From Thermoproteota archaeon (lineage in GTDB: Archaea > Thermoproteota > Thermoprotei > Gearchaeales > Gearchaeaceae): DNA of 64,000 nt. Made by a program: the position numbers and the translations under genes. The stretch covers positions 128,001 to 192,000 of the forward strand of contig JAVVGF010000001.1 in NCBI GenBank assembly GCA_032249235.1, in the 5' to 3' direction. This document shows, piece after piece, positions 7,887 to 18,563 of the stretch. Under the pieces are notes generated by a model. That model had not been told where the DNA came from. It saw nothing but the letters and a program-made list of their open reading frames with translations, and did no database searches. The stretch's first letter is position 1. Each line of letters opens with the position of its first letter.

Positions 7887-9142
7887 GCATTAGGAGGGAA
7901 GAAATCTGGACTATTAAGCATAAACCAAAAAGAATTGAGGATATCGTAGGTAATGAAGAAGCAAAAAAAGCATTTCTAGATTGGTTAAATATATGGCTCA
8001 AGGGTAAAGTTCCAGTAAAGAAAGCTATATTGTTGTACGGTCCTCCTGGTATAGGTAAGACATTATTGGCAGAAACAGCAGCCTTGCAATTCAATTTAGA
8101 ATTGATTGAAATAAATGCTGGCGACATTTATAGCGTAGAATTCGTCAAGAAAACTGCTTTGGCAACGAGCAAAGAGACAAGCTTTGTTAATAAAACTAAA
8201 TTAATATTAGTCGATGAGCTAGATAGCATTGAAGGACCTAAAGCGAATTATGTTTTATCTGTGCTCGTTGATTTGATTAAAGAATCGAGATATCCTGTTG
8301 TTCTAATTGCAAACGACGGATGGAAGCCAAACTTATTCCAAATTAGAAATTTGTGCTTGATGATTGAGATGAAAAGACTTTCTACAAGATTGATTGTGAA
8401 TTATTTAGCAAACATATGCAAGAAAGAAAACTTGAAGTATGAAGAAGAAGCATTGAAAATCATTGCAGAAAGATCTGAAGGAGACATGAGAAGTGCAATA
8501 TTAGATTTGCAGTTTTGTTCTATTTTTGGAAGAATAGGTGTAAGAGAAGTCAATTTGTTATCTCCTAAAGATAGACAAAGCGATGTTTTTAATTCTATAA
8601 GGAAATTAATTTATGCAACTAATTTATTCTCTGCAAAAAGCGTATTAGATGAATTTCCTTATGATCAAGATACGCTATTACTATGGATCGAGGAGAATTT
8701 GTTTAGATTTTATACAAATCCTAAAGATTTAGCTTTGGCTTATGATAAGTTGTCAAAGGCAGATATATACAGAGCTAGGGCTAATAAAGAGCGATATTGG
8801 CGCTTCTTGCTATACTTTTCAGATTTGATTACAGCAGGAGTTGCATTATCGAAATCACAAAAGCCTACCTATGCAAAAATGCAATTTCCTCAGACGCTTA
8901 AAGTATTATCTAGCCAAAAAAGAATTAGGGAGCTAAGAGATGCGCTTTTAGAAAAAATTTCTAAGAAAAATCATCTTTCGAAATCTAAAGCCTTGAATGA
9001 GATCTTTTGGTATTTACCTGTAATGTTTAAAAATGAAAAGTTTGCAAACGATTTCATCAAAAAATATGAGGTAAACGATGAACTAGCTGATTATTTGAAA
9101 AATCTATCTTCAAATATTGACTTGAAATTAAAAACTAAATAG
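7883..9142 (+). CDS. rfcL: Replication factor C large subunit
   Basis: WTIKHKP, GPPGIGKT, GDMRSAI and WIEEN motifs; follows rfcS. Confidence 0.93.
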   Translation: MSIRREEIWTIKHKPKRIEDIVGNEEAKKAFLDWLNIWLKGKVPVKKAILLYGPPGIGKTLLAETAALQFNLELIEINAGDIYSVEFVKKTALATSKETSFVNKTKLILVDELDSIEGPKANYVLSVLVDLIKESRYPVVLIANDGWKPNLFQIRNLCLMIEMKRLSTRLIVNYLANICKKENLKYEEEALKIIAERSEGDMRSAILDLQFCSIFGRIGVREVNLLSPKDRQSDVFNSIRKLIYATNLFSAKSVLDEFPYDQDTLLLWIEENLFRFYTNPKDLALAYDKLSKADIYRARANKERYWRFLLYFSDLITAGVALSKSQKPTYAKMQFPQTLKVLSSQKRIRELRDALLEKISKKNHLSKSKALNEIFWYLPVMFKNEKFANDFIKKYEVNDELADYLKNLSSNIDLKLKTK

Positions 9143-10147
9143 CTTCCATAATTCTTCTTCCTCATCTTCTTTCATAACATCGATTATTCCATCTTTACTT
9201 ACTATTTCGCAACCGGATTCCTTCAATTCTCCTATGATTGAATATGCTATCTTATTTCTTTTCATAAATTCTTCGAAATCATCTTTTTTATTCTTTTTTA
9301 TTACGCAAATCATGCAACCTGAACTTAAAGATTTCAATGGATTCAGATTCAATTCTTTTAATATTTTCTTAGTTAAATCTAGGATTAACATCTTTTCTTC
9401 ATAAACTTTAAATCCTACCTCTAAAAATTCAGCTAATTCTTTCAAAGCTACAATCATTCCTCCTTCTGTTGGATCATGTGCATAAACAGCTAACCTATTC
9501 TCAAAAATTTTTAAGCCTACATCATATATAGAAAGTTCTTCGATTAGTTTCTTTGCTTCCTCTATTTCTTCCTTCTTGATTTTGCTGGAAAGTTTATCTT
9601 CGTAATCGTAAGCTAATATTGCAGTGGCTTCAAGAGCTAATGGCTTAATTTGAACAATCAAATATTCCTCTGGCTTTTCTTTTATCCTTTTTAATTCTTT
9701 TAATCTTTCTTCATAATCTTCTAACATCTCTCCAACTATCGTCGTTACTACCAAGGGATTATTGACGATAGGACTGAATTCTACATGTCCTCCTACAATA
9801 GAGATGTTCATTTTTCTAGCTATGTTGCTTGCCTGTTCTTGTATTTCCTCAGCATCTTCTATTGAAGAGTTTTGTGGCAAAATTATGCATAGCGTTGCGA
9901 ACTTTGGTTTAGCACCAATAGCTACAATATCATTACTTGCAATCATCATAGCAAGTTTTCCAATATTCTTCTTTGCTCCTGTTATAGGATCACTATGGAT
10001 CGCTATAACTTCTTTTGTTTTCAAAATCGCAGAATCTGCACCTACCTTAGGTCCTAGTAAAACTTCTTTGCCTAGTATTCCTACTTTATTCAAAATTTTT
10101 TCTCTTATTTCCTTTATTCTCAATTTTCCTAGTCTTTTATTTTCCAT
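9128..10147 (-). CDS. AIR synthase/HypE-related protein
   Basis: GADSA, SDPITG, ASNDI, IVGGH and HDPTEGG motifs. Confidence 0.85.
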   Translation of the reverse strand: MENKRLGKLRIKEIREKILNKVGILGKEVLLGPKVGADSAILKTKEVIAIHSDPITGAKKNIGKLAMMIASNDIVAIGAKPKFATLCIILPQNSSIEDAEEIQEQASNIARKMNISIVGGHVEFSPIVNNPLVVTTIVGEMLEDYEERLKELKRIKEKPEEYLIVQIKPLALEATAILAYDYEDKLSSKIKKEEIEEAKKLIEELSIYDVGLKIFENRLAVYAHDPTEGGMIVALKELAEFLEVGFKVYEEKMLILDLTKKILKELNLNPLKSLSSGCMICVIKKNKKDDFEEFMKRNKIAYSIIGELKESGCEIVSKDGIIDVMKEDEEEELWKLFSF

Positions 10148-10184
10148 GATATGATTTTTTATCTAAAAAGGAAGTTATAATTAG

Positions 10185-10724
10185 ATGGAGGAGTTATTGA
10201 TTGAGAATTATTTCAGTTATGAAACATCAAAAGTTAAAGTTAAGGTTCTGAAGGATCATGCTCAGGTAACTTTCTTAGGTAATGTATATGGACCTTTTAT
10301 CAAAGATAAGGAAATAGAATTACCTAGAGCCTTAGCTAGGATTTTAGCAAGTGAAGGGATAACAGAATATCCCCATCCTCAAATTACTTTCGATGATATA
10401 AGGAAAAGGCATCATCAGGAAAGACAAGCTAAGAATGAATTGAAAAAATTAGAAGAAGATTTTTATTTACAGGCTAAAGATCTAATATTTCTTGCTGAGA
10501 AAAAAATAATAAATGAGAATCCTAAAGAAATAAAACAGCTTATAAATGAAATATGTCTTGTGAGATTAGAGAAAATGATGAGGGGGATCTTATATGTTGA
10601 AGATTTCAATAAGATATCACAGCTTCTAACTTATGAAGAGCGATATCTCTTTTCATCATTAAGAGAAATAATTAGAACATGGTTAGATGACGTATTGAAT
10701 AATGCTATCTTGAGAAAAGTATAA
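10185..10724 (+). CDS. gins23: GINS complex subunit, Gins23 type (B domain first)
   Basis: N-terminal beta domain (VKVLKD...YGPF...IELPRALARIL) followed by a helical A domain; directly upstream of mcm. Confidence 0.8.
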   Translation: MEELLIENYFSYETSKVKVKVLKDHAQVTFLGNVYGPFIKDKEIELPRALARILASEGITEYPHPQITFDDIRKRHHQERQAKNELKKLEEDFYLQAKDLIFLAEKKIINENPKEIKQLINEICLVRLEKMMRGILYVEDFNKISQLLTYEERYLFSSLREIIRTWLDDVLNNAILRKV

Positions 10725-12763
10725 TGGGACAGGAAATAAAGGATTACAAGCAACTTTATAAAAAATTTTTTAAAGAATATACTGAAGAGGATAAGCCTGT
10801 TTATTTATCGAAGATAGGAGAAATGATTTTCTTGAACAATAGATCACTAACAATTTCTCATAAACATTTATTTTTCTTCGATAAAGAATTAGGCGACTTA
10901 CTTCTTAGGAATCCTGAAGAACAATTATATTTTGCTGAAGAGGCTTTGAAAGAGATTATAATTGAAAAAGATGAGGAGTTTCTAGAAAAAGCTAAAAAGA
11001 TTTTCGTAAGGGTTAAGGACATTTATCTTGATGAATACAGGCTAAAAATAAGGAACATTCGTGCAAATTACATAGGTTCTTTAATAGAAATTAGAGGAGT
11101 AGTAACGAAGAGCAGTGCAATCAGGCATAAACTCATAAGCGGAAAGTTCTTGTGCGATAGTTGTGGTAGTATATTTAGTGCAGATTTGGCTTCAATTAAG
11201 AAGATAGATGCAATTCGTTGCATTAATTGTGGTTCAAAAGTATCAAAGATATTAGAAAAGAACTTCATAGATGTTCAAAGAATAATAGTTCAAGAACCTT
11301 TAGAAGAAGTTCCTGCAGGCCAAATACCTAGAACAATAGAAGTATATCTTGAAGGGGATATTGTAGATTTAGCATATCCTGGAAATCATGTTACCATCAC
11401 AGGTATATTAAAAGAAAAAAGAGTTTCTTCACAAGATGAGCTTACTTTCTCATCTTATATTCACGCAGTAAACTTGGAAGTCAAGGAAAAAGGTTTTGAA
11501 GAAGAAGAAGTGACACAGGAAGATTTAGAAGCGATAGAAAAATTAAAATCAAATTACAGAAACATAGGTGATGCAATAGTTGATTCTATTGCTCCTTCAA
11601 TACATGGCTTAAGGCATATAAAGAAAGCTTTAGCCCTTCAGCTATTTGGTGGTGTGCCAAAATTAATGCCAGATGGTGTTAGGATAAGAGGAGATATCCA
11701 TATTTGTCTAGTAGGTGATCCAGGTACTGCGAAAACACAACTTCTTCGCTATATGGTTCAATTAGCACCAAAAGGCATCTATACTACAGGCAAAGGAGTT
11801 TCGGCAGCAGGTTTAACAGCTGCTGTAGTAAGAGATAAATCTTCTGGAGAATTCTATTTAGAAGCTGGTGCATTAGTTTTAGCTGATCAAGGATTGGCTG
11901 CAATAGATGAAGTCGATAAAATGAGGAATGAAGATAGAGTAGCTATGCATGAAGCGATGGAACAGCAAACAGTGAGCATTGCAAAAGCGGGAATTGTAGC
12001 AACACTTAATGCTCGTTGTGCTATACTTGCAGCAGCGAATCCTTCACTAGGTAGATTTGAGAGGAATAAAACAATAGCAGAAAACATAGATTTACCCATT
12101 ACTCTTCTTTCAAGATTCGATTTAATATTTCCCATCATAGATATTCCAAGCAAAGAAAGCGATGCTAAACTTGCATTACATATCTTAGCTATTCATTCAA
12201 ATAGCGAAGAACCATTCAAGAATATTATCCCGCCTGAACTTCTCAGAAAATATGTAATATATGCGAGGAAGACGATTCATCCTAAATTATCTCAAGATGC
12301 TCAAAAAGAAATTTATGATTTTTATTTGAAAATGAGAGAAATCTCAACAGAAGGACCTGTTGCAATAACACCTAGACAGCTGGAAGCATTAATAAGATTA
12401 ACAGAAGCCCATGCTAGAATGAATTTGAGGAATGAGGCTACAAATGAAGATGCTAGAGAAGCCATAAATCTTATGAAATACATGATGGATACCACAATGA
12501 TAGATTATGCAACTAGAAAAGTTGATGTAGATATTTTAATGTCAGGATTACCTAAATCACAAAGAGATAAATTTGTAAAAATTAGGGATATATTGACTGA
12601 ATTAAATTACGAAAGAGAAGCAGTTGATCTACAAGAAGTGTTGCAAAGAGCTGAAAAGGAAGGGATACCTAGCGAGGAAGCTAGGAAAATAATTGAAAAG
12701 ATGAAAAACGAAGGTGATATTTTTGAGCCTAAAAAAGGTTTCATTAAGAAAACTCCTTCTTGA
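10724..12763 (+). CDS. mcm: MCM replicative helicase (no intein)
   Basis: GDPGTAKTQ, AAGLTAAV, IDEVDKM, LLSRFD motifs and a C4 zinc finger. Confidence 0.98.
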   Translation: MGQEIKDYKQLYKKFFKEYTEEDKPVYLSKIGEMIFLNNRSLTISHKHLFFFDKELGDLLLRNPEEQLYFAEEALKEIIIEKDEEFLEKAKKIFVRVKDIYLDEYRLKIRNIRANYIGSLIEIRGVVTKSSAIRHKLISGKFLCDSCGSIFSADLASIKKIDAIRCINCGSKVSKILEKNFIDVQRIIVQEPLEEVPAGQIPRTIEVYLEGDIVDLAYPGNHVTITGILKEKRVSSQDELTFSSYIHAVNLEVKEKGFEEEEVTQEDLEAIEKLKSNYRNIGDAIVDSIAPSIHGLRHIKKALALQLFGGVPKLMPDGVRIRGDIHICLVGDPGTAKTQLLRYMVQLAPKGIYTTGKGVSAAGLTAAVVRDKSSGEFYLEAGALVLADQGLAAIDEVDKMRNEDRVAMHEAMEQQTVSIAKAGIVATLNARCAILAAANPSLGRFERNKTIAENIDLPITLLSRFDLIFPIIDIPSKESDAKLALHILAIHSNSEEPFKNIIPPELLRKYVIYARKTIHPKLSQDAQKEIYDFYLKMREISTEGPVAITPRQLEALIRLTEAHARMNLRNEATNEDAREAINLMKYMMDTTMIDYATRKVDVDILMSGLPKSQRDKFVKIRDILTELNYEREAVDLQEVLQRAEKEGIPSEEARKIIEKMKNEGDIFEPKKGFIKKTPS

Positions 12764-14892
12764 AATTGGATATTTCAGAATTAGAAAAATTTGGAATTCC
12801 TTCAGAACATATAAATAAGTTAAAAGAAAACGGCTATGTTAGTTTATATCCTCCTCAAATTTTAGCAATAGAAAAAGGAGTTTTAGATTTTAGGAATGTA
12901 TTGTTAGCAACTCCTACAGCTTCAGGAAAGACATTCGTTGCGATATTAGCGAGCATTAAGCATTTAATAAATGGAGGAAAAGTTTTATATTTATGTCCTT
13001 TAAGGGCCCTTGCTTCAGAGAAATATGAAGAATTCAAAAATTTACTTGAATTCAAGACTGCATTATCGATAGGAGACTATGACAGTGAAGATCCATGGTT
13101 GAAGAATTACGATGTAATCATAAGCACATATGAAAAGGCAGATAGTTTATTGCGACACAAAGCTCCATGGATAAGCGATGTATCACTAGTAGTTATAGAC
13201 GAAATACATATGCTTGATAGCGATCGAGGGCCTACACTTGAATTTCTAATAGCTAGATTAAAGAAGCAAGTTAAAGATGCACAGTTCATTGCATTAAGCG
13301 CAACTGCGGTAAATGCTAAAGAGTTGGCTGAATGGTTATCTGCAGAAGCAATTATAAGTAGTTGGAGACCGGTTCCTTTGAAAGAAGGAGTTTATAGAAA
13401 TGGTGTAATATATTATAAAGATAATTCTACTAAGAAAATACCTATTCGAAGTGGTATTGCTTTCATTGACTTAGCGCTTGATATCTTAGATGAGGGAGGA
13501 CAGGCTTTGATATTCAATTCAACAAGAGCAAATGCTATGAAGAATTCTGAGAGATTAAAAGATTTTGTTAAAAAATATCTGACCAAAGATGAATTGAAAG
13601 AGCTCAAAGCTCTTGCGGAAAAAATTGAAGAGAATGATTGGCTATCTTCAACACTTAAAGATCAAATAATCAACGGGGTTGCATTCCATCATGCAGGATT
13701 ATCTTATAATGCGAGAAGAATTGTTGAAGAAGGTTTTAGAAGTTCTCTTATAAAGGTAGTCTCATCTACCACAACATTAGGAGCAGGCATAAACGTTCCA
13801 GCTCGTAGGGTTATAATAAATGAAATATCAAGATATTCTGCAGGTCTTGGTTATTCAGAGATAATGACTGTTAATGAATATAAACAGCTTGCAGGAAGGG
13901 CAGGAAGGCCTAGATATGATATTTATGGCGAAGCGATCATTGTAGCAAAGGGGAAATATGATGTTGATATATTACTTGAAAATTACATCAAAGGTGAAGG
14001 AGAGCCTATTTCTTCGCAAATAAAAGATGAAAAGAGTCTGCGTTCCCATATTTTATCGTTGATAGCAAATGAAATAGTTACAAATGAAGAAGAATTGAAG
14101 AATATTTTGCGTGAAACTTTTGCTTCAAAGCAAGTTGGCATTCTATTTCTAGAAAGAATTGCAAATAAAGTAATCAATTATTTACAGCGTGCATCTTTCA
14201 TAGTTGTTAAAAATCATTACGTTGCTACTCCTTTGGGGAAAAGAGTTTCTGAATTATACATAGATCCTTTAACTGCTGAGCAAATAGTTAAAGGATTGAA
14301 GAATTTATCTTTTGAATATGTTAATGATGATTTCTATTATCTTTTATTGATATCTTCAACAGAAGACATGCAAAGATTATCAGTTTTTAAAAGCGAAATA
14401 GATATCTTGAGAGATGAATTGGAAATAATTAACAGGAAATATCCTTTCAAATTCGATATATATGAAGATGAATCACTTTCAATAATTAAAACAGCGAAGA
14501 TGTTAAAGAGTTGGATAGACGAAGAAAGAGAAGATGAGATTGCAGATAAATATAGTATTGGTTTAGGTGATTTGTACAATCTTATTCAAATTGCTAGTTG
14601 GATTTGTCATGCTGCAAAGGAAATCTCAAAATTGCTCGGTCATCAAGAAGCTTATAATAAATTGAGCAAGCTAGAAGAGAGAATTGAAAATGGTGTAAGA
14701 GAAGAACTTTTAGAATTAGTTAGAATACCTAAGATTGGAAGAATAAGAGCTAGAATTTTATACAATGCAGGCTTCAGAGATATAGAAAAGCTAAGCAAAG
14801 CTAAAGAAGAAGAAATAATTTCTTTGCCGATGATAGGGATCGAGACATACAAGAGCATAAAAGAATTCCTTACAAAAATGAAAACCTTTTAA
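12760..14892 (+). CDS. hel308: Hel308/Hjm Ski2-like helicase
   Basis: PTASGKT, DEIH, FHHAGL, QLAGRAGRP and a C-terminal HhH. Confidence 0.93.
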   Translation: MKLDISELEKFGIPSEHINKLKENGYVSLYPPQILAIEKGVLDFRNVLLATPTASGKTFVAILASIKHLINGGKVLYLCPLRALASEKYEEFKNLLEFKTALSIGDYDSEDPWLKNYDVIISTYEKADSLLRHKAPWISDVSLVVIDEIHMLDSDRGPTLEFLIARLKKQVKDAQFIALSATAVNAKELAEWLSAEAIISSWRPVPLKEGVYRNGVIYYKDNSTKKIPIRSGIAFIDLALDILDEGGQALIFNSTRANAMKNSERLKDFVKKYLTKDELKELKALAEKIEENDWLSSTLKDQIINGVAFHHAGLSYNARRIVEEGFRSSLIKVVSSTTTLGAGINVPARRVIINEISRYSAGLGYSEIMTVNEYKQLAGRAGRPRYDIYGEAIIVAKGKYDVDILLENYIKGEGEPISSQIKDEKSLRSHILSLIANEIVTNEEELKNILRETFASKQVGILFLERIANKVINYLQRASFIVVKNHYVATPLGKRVSELYIDPLTAEQIVKGLKNLSFEYVNDDFYYLLLISSTEDMQRLSVFKSEIDILRDELEIINRKYPFKFDIYEDESLSIIKTAKMLKSWIDEEREDEIADKYSIGLGDLYNLIQIASWICHAAKEISKLLGHQEAYNKLSKLEERIENGVREELLELVRIPKIGRIRARILYNAGFRDIEKLSKAKEEEIISLPMIGIETYKSIKEFLTKMKTF

Positions 14893-14914
14893 ATCTTCTC
14901 ATAATTCTTCATTG

Positions 14915-16075
14915 ATGTTGAGGATAATCCATACTGCAGATCTTCATTTGGGCATAAGCTTTTCAAACATTTCAAATTCTCCTTCATTTGAGAATATTAG
15001 ATTTCAAGATTTCTTCAAAAATTTTGAATACATAAAGGATTATGCCATAAAAAACAAAGCAGACTTATTCATAATTGCAGGAGATATTTTCCATAATCCA
15101 AGACCTTCAATAGAAGCTTTCAATGCTTTCTCGAAGATAATCGGAGATTTGATTAAAAATGGAATTCAAGTAGTTGTAACGCTAGGAAATCATGACAGTA
15201 GCAAAACTAGAGAGGCTTTGAGCTATTTAAAAAGTTATGTTAATGTTGGCCTAGAGCGTTTTATTCTCTTCGATGTTGCAAGCAAGAAGATTATAGCTCT
15301 GCATAATGGTGAGAAAGTTAAAATAATTGGATTGCCGTATCCTCATTTCCAATCTGCTTATTCATATCAAGAATTCGTTAGCTTCTTTGAAAATAAACTC
15401 CAAGAATTGAAAAGCAACGATACCGCAGACTATATGATAGTAGTAGGTCATATATTTGTAGAAGGAGGCAAGATTGGTTCTGAACAAAGGATTGCTTCAT
15501 TAAGAGATCATCCTATACCTAAGAGATTATTTAAGGATGTTGATGTTGCATGTTTAGGTCATCTTCATACACCTCAAGAATTAGATAGTAATATTCTATA
15601 TTCAGGTTCGATTGAAAGAATAGATTTCGGAGAAGAAAATGAAGAAAAAAGTTTCTTAGACATAATTTTAGGAAGCAAATTGGAATTTAAGCGAATTCCT
15701 TTGAAGCTAAGACCTATGAAGACTTTCTATCTTAATTTTGAAAATGCATCTATTAATGAAATAAGCGATAAAATTAAAGCACTCAAATTAGAAGAGGATT
15801 CAATAGTAAGATTAAGAATAGAAGTATCTAAGACCACAAATATTTCAGCCTCTTATATTGATAAAATTATAAGAGAGAATTTCAAGCTTGCAGGTTATAA
15901 AATTGAAATAACAAGAAAGAAAGTTGAAGAAACGAGGCTTGCAGCAAAAGCATCAAGTTTCAATGAATATCTTGAAAATTATTTGAGAATTAAATACAAG
16001 AAATCGGATGAATGGATAAGAAATGTAATCGAAGAAGCTAATAGAATTATTGAAGAAGTAAGGATTAAAAAATGA
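14915..16075 (+). CDS. mre11: Mre11/SbcD nuclease
   Basis: HTADLHLG, AGDIF, GNHD, LGHLH and YSGSIERIDFGE motifs. Confidence 0.88.
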   Translation: MLRIIHTADLHLGISFSNISNSPSFENIRFQDFFKNFEYIKDYAIKNKADLFIIAGDIFHNPRPSIEAFNAFSKIIGDLIKNGIQVVVTLGNHDSSKTREALSYLKSYVNVGLERFILFDVASKKIIALHNGEKVKIIGLPYPHFQSAYSYQEFVSFFENKLQELKSNDTADYMIVVGHIFVEGGKIGSEQRIASLRDHPIPKRLFKDVDVACLGHLHTPQELDSNILYSGSIERIDFGEENEEKSFLDIILGSKLEFKRIPLKLRPMKTFYLNFENASINEISDKIKALKLEEDSIVRLRIEVSKTTNISASYIDKIIRENFKLAGYKIEITRKKVEETRLAAKASSFNEYLENYLRIKYKKSDEWIRNVIEEANRIIEEVRIKK

Positions 16076-18501
16076 GGATTCATAAAATTTCTCTAGAAAA
16101 TTTTGCAAGTTATAATAAGGAATCTTTAGATATTGATAGCTTAGGCAGTATCATAAACGTTTTTGGTTCAACAGGTGCAGGTAAAACTACTTTGCTTGTA
16201 GATTCTATTTCTTTTTGTCTTTTTGGCAAAGCATATGGCGAAGATGAAATAAGCTCAGGTAAAAGAGTAATAAGACCTAATCAAGGAAAAGCAAAGGCTG
16301 AAATAGAATTCAGTATTGATGACAAAAGATATAAAATCATAAGAGAAGTCTATAAAGATGCAACTTCTAAAGTACTTCTTCTAGAAAGAATAGAAAACGA
16401 ATGGCGAAACAAGGCAATAGGAACAAAAGAAGTCCAAAACTTTGTAGAAAACGTGCTCAATATGGATTATGATATTTTTCTTAACAGCATTGCAATAAGA
16501 CAAGGTGATGTGGTATCTCTCCTTGAAGCTACTGCTTCTGAAAGAAGAGAAATATTTTTAAAACTTCTTAACTTGGATTTCAAGAAAGAAAAAGAGAAAG
16601 TTGGAGAGTTAAGAGATAAGATTAAAGGTGATATACAAAACATAACAGGAAGGATTTATCAAATTAATGAAGAAATTAAAAAAGAAGAAGATATCAAAAA
16701 AGATATTAAAGATCTTGTAGATCAATTGAAGATATTAAATGAATATAGAGTCAAAATAGAAAATGAAATAAGTGAATTAGAAAAACAATTTTTAGAAAAA
16801 CAAAATAAATATAATGATTTAAAGACAAAGTTAGAAATCTATTATGAAAATAAAAGATTATATGATGAAAAAAAGAAAAAAGAACAAGAATATTTAAAAG
16901 AGATAGAAAATGTTGAATTAATTCTTAAAGAAGGAAACAAATTACAAACCACACTTAGTGAACTAACAGATAAACTATCCAAATTAAATAAATTTAAGGA
17001 AATTCTTGTTAATTTGAAGTTTTTGGTTGAAAGAGAAAAGTCATTACAAAAAGATATTATTAAATTGGAAGAAGAACTGAAAGAAATTGAAAATGCAGAA
17101 AAAGAATTAAGAGAAGTAAATGAGAAGAAATTGAAACTAAATGAGCTTGATAAAGAAATTGAAAAAATAAAATCAGATGCAGATAATTGCATGCGCGATT
17201 TAAGCGAGATAAAGGCTAAATTGGAGCAAGTAAAAAGGCTTAAGGAAGCTTTAGAAAATGCAAATATTGAAGAAAGAAGATGCCCGTTATGTGGTTCTCC
17301 TTTAAACGAGGAGACTTTCGATGAACTTTTCCATCATTTTATCGAAGAAGAATCGAAACTTAAAGAAGAGTACACAAAGAAAATAACTTACAAGGTAGAA
17401 TTAGATAAGAAAAAGGAAAAATTAGAGAAAGAAAGAGATGTTTTGAACAAATTTATAGCTAAGGAAGACTATCTTAAAAAAATAATTAATAAAAAAGATA
17501 AGAATAATATAATTAAAGAGATAAATACAAAGGAAGAAGAACTTAAGAAAATTTCTCAAGATATCAATAATTACAAAGAAGATGAATTATATATTCAATT
17601 TAAAGATTATCAAAATAATATAGATGAAGTGATTAACAAAACTGAAGAATTAAGAGAACAAGTAGAAAATGATTTAAGAAATTTAAGTAAAGCTGAAGGT
17701 AGGAAAAGAGAAATAGTAAAAAGTTTAGAGGATATTCGCAAGGAAATCGCATTGCTTGAAGAGAAATTTAAGGAAAAGCCTGATGAGAATTTGATTAGAT
17801 CATTGGAAGATGAGCTCAAGAAATTAGAATCGTTAAGAAAAGATTTAGATAAAAAAATCAATGAAATCGCTAGGGGTATTGGAGAGATAAATGGAAAAAT
17901 CAAAGAGAAGGAAGACATTCTTAAAAAAATAGAAGAATATAAATTTGAGAAGGAAAAATTAGAAAAGGAATTAGAAAATAAAAATAAAAGACTAGAGATT
18001 TTAAACGTTCTCTACAGTGATATTTTCAATGAAAGAGGTTTCCCATTAAGTTTGCTAGACGATTATTTAAACGATTTAAATCAAATTGCAAATTCAGAAT
18101 ATCTTGCACCGCTTTTGAAAAATAAGAGAGTAGAAATAAAAAGAGTAGAAGATAAAATAGAAATAAAAGTATTCGACGATATTTACGAACGAGACCTTTC
18201 AACTTATTCAGGTGGAGAAAAAACCGCTATAGGTTTTGCTTTGAGATTGGCGATAGCTAAAACTCTTACATTGAGGAGAGGAATATCTCCAAAATTTTTA
18301 ATCATCGATGAAGGATTTGGTCCTTTAAGCTTAGAAATTCGAGATCTTATCTTAAGATTGATTTTGAATCTAAAAGATGAGTATGAAAAAATATTTGTAG
18401 TTTCACATCTTGAAGATATTCAAGAAAATCCTATATTTGATTCAGTGATTAGAATATACAAAGATGAAAATAATGTAAGCCATATCGAAAAAATAAAGTA
18501 A
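16072..18501 (+). CDS. rad50: Rad50/SbcC SMC-family ATPase
   Basis: Walker A GSTGAGKT, Q loop RQG, CPLC zinc hook, YSGGE signature, IIDEGFG and SH motifs. Confidence 0.88.
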   Translation: MRIHKISLENFASYNKESLDIDSLGSIINVFGSTGAGKTTLLVDSISFCLFGKAYGEDEISSGKRVIRPNQGKAKAEIEFSIDDKRYKIIREVYKDATSKVLLLERIENEWRNKAIGTKEVQNFVENVLNMDYDIFLNSIAIRQGDVVSLLEATASERREIFLKLLNLDFKKEKEKVGELRDKIKGDIQNITGRIYQINEEIKKEEDIKKDIKDLVDQLKILNEYRVKIENEISELEKQFLEKQNKYNDLKTKLEIYYENKRLYDEKKKKEQEYLKEIENVELILKEGNKLQTTLSELTDKLSKLNKFKEILVNLKFLVEREKSLQKDIIKLEEELKEIENAEKELREVNEKKLKLNELDKEIEKIKSDADNCMRDLSEIKAKLEQVKRLKEALENANIEERRCPLCGSPLNEETFDELFHHFIEEESKLKEEYTKKITYKVELDKKKEKLEKERDVLNKFIAKEDYLKKIINKKDKNNIIKEINTKEEELKKISQDINNYKEDELYIQFKDYQNNIDEVINKTEELREQVENDLRNLSKAEGRKREIVKSLEDIRKEIALLEEKFKEKPDENLIRSLEDELKKLESLRKDLDKKINEIARGIGEINGKIKEKEDILKKIEEYKFEKEKLEKELENKNKRLEILNVLYSDIFNERGFPLSLLDDYLNDLNQIANSEYLAPLLKNKRVEIKRVEDKIEIKVFDDIYERDLSTYSGGEKTAIGFALRLAIAKTLTLRRGISPKFLIIDEGFGPLSLEIRDLILRLILNLKDEYEKIFVVSHLEDIQENPIFDSVIRIYKDENNVSHIEKIK

Positions 18502-18563
18502 ATAATTACATAGCAATGCCAATCAAGGTATAGCTTAATATAATCTGATTTCGAAATTAGAAT

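Noticed and set aside
16600-18000. Low-complexity A-rich periodicity
   Set aside because: It reflects the Lys/Glu-rich coiled coil of Rad50/SbcC, not a DNA repeat array.
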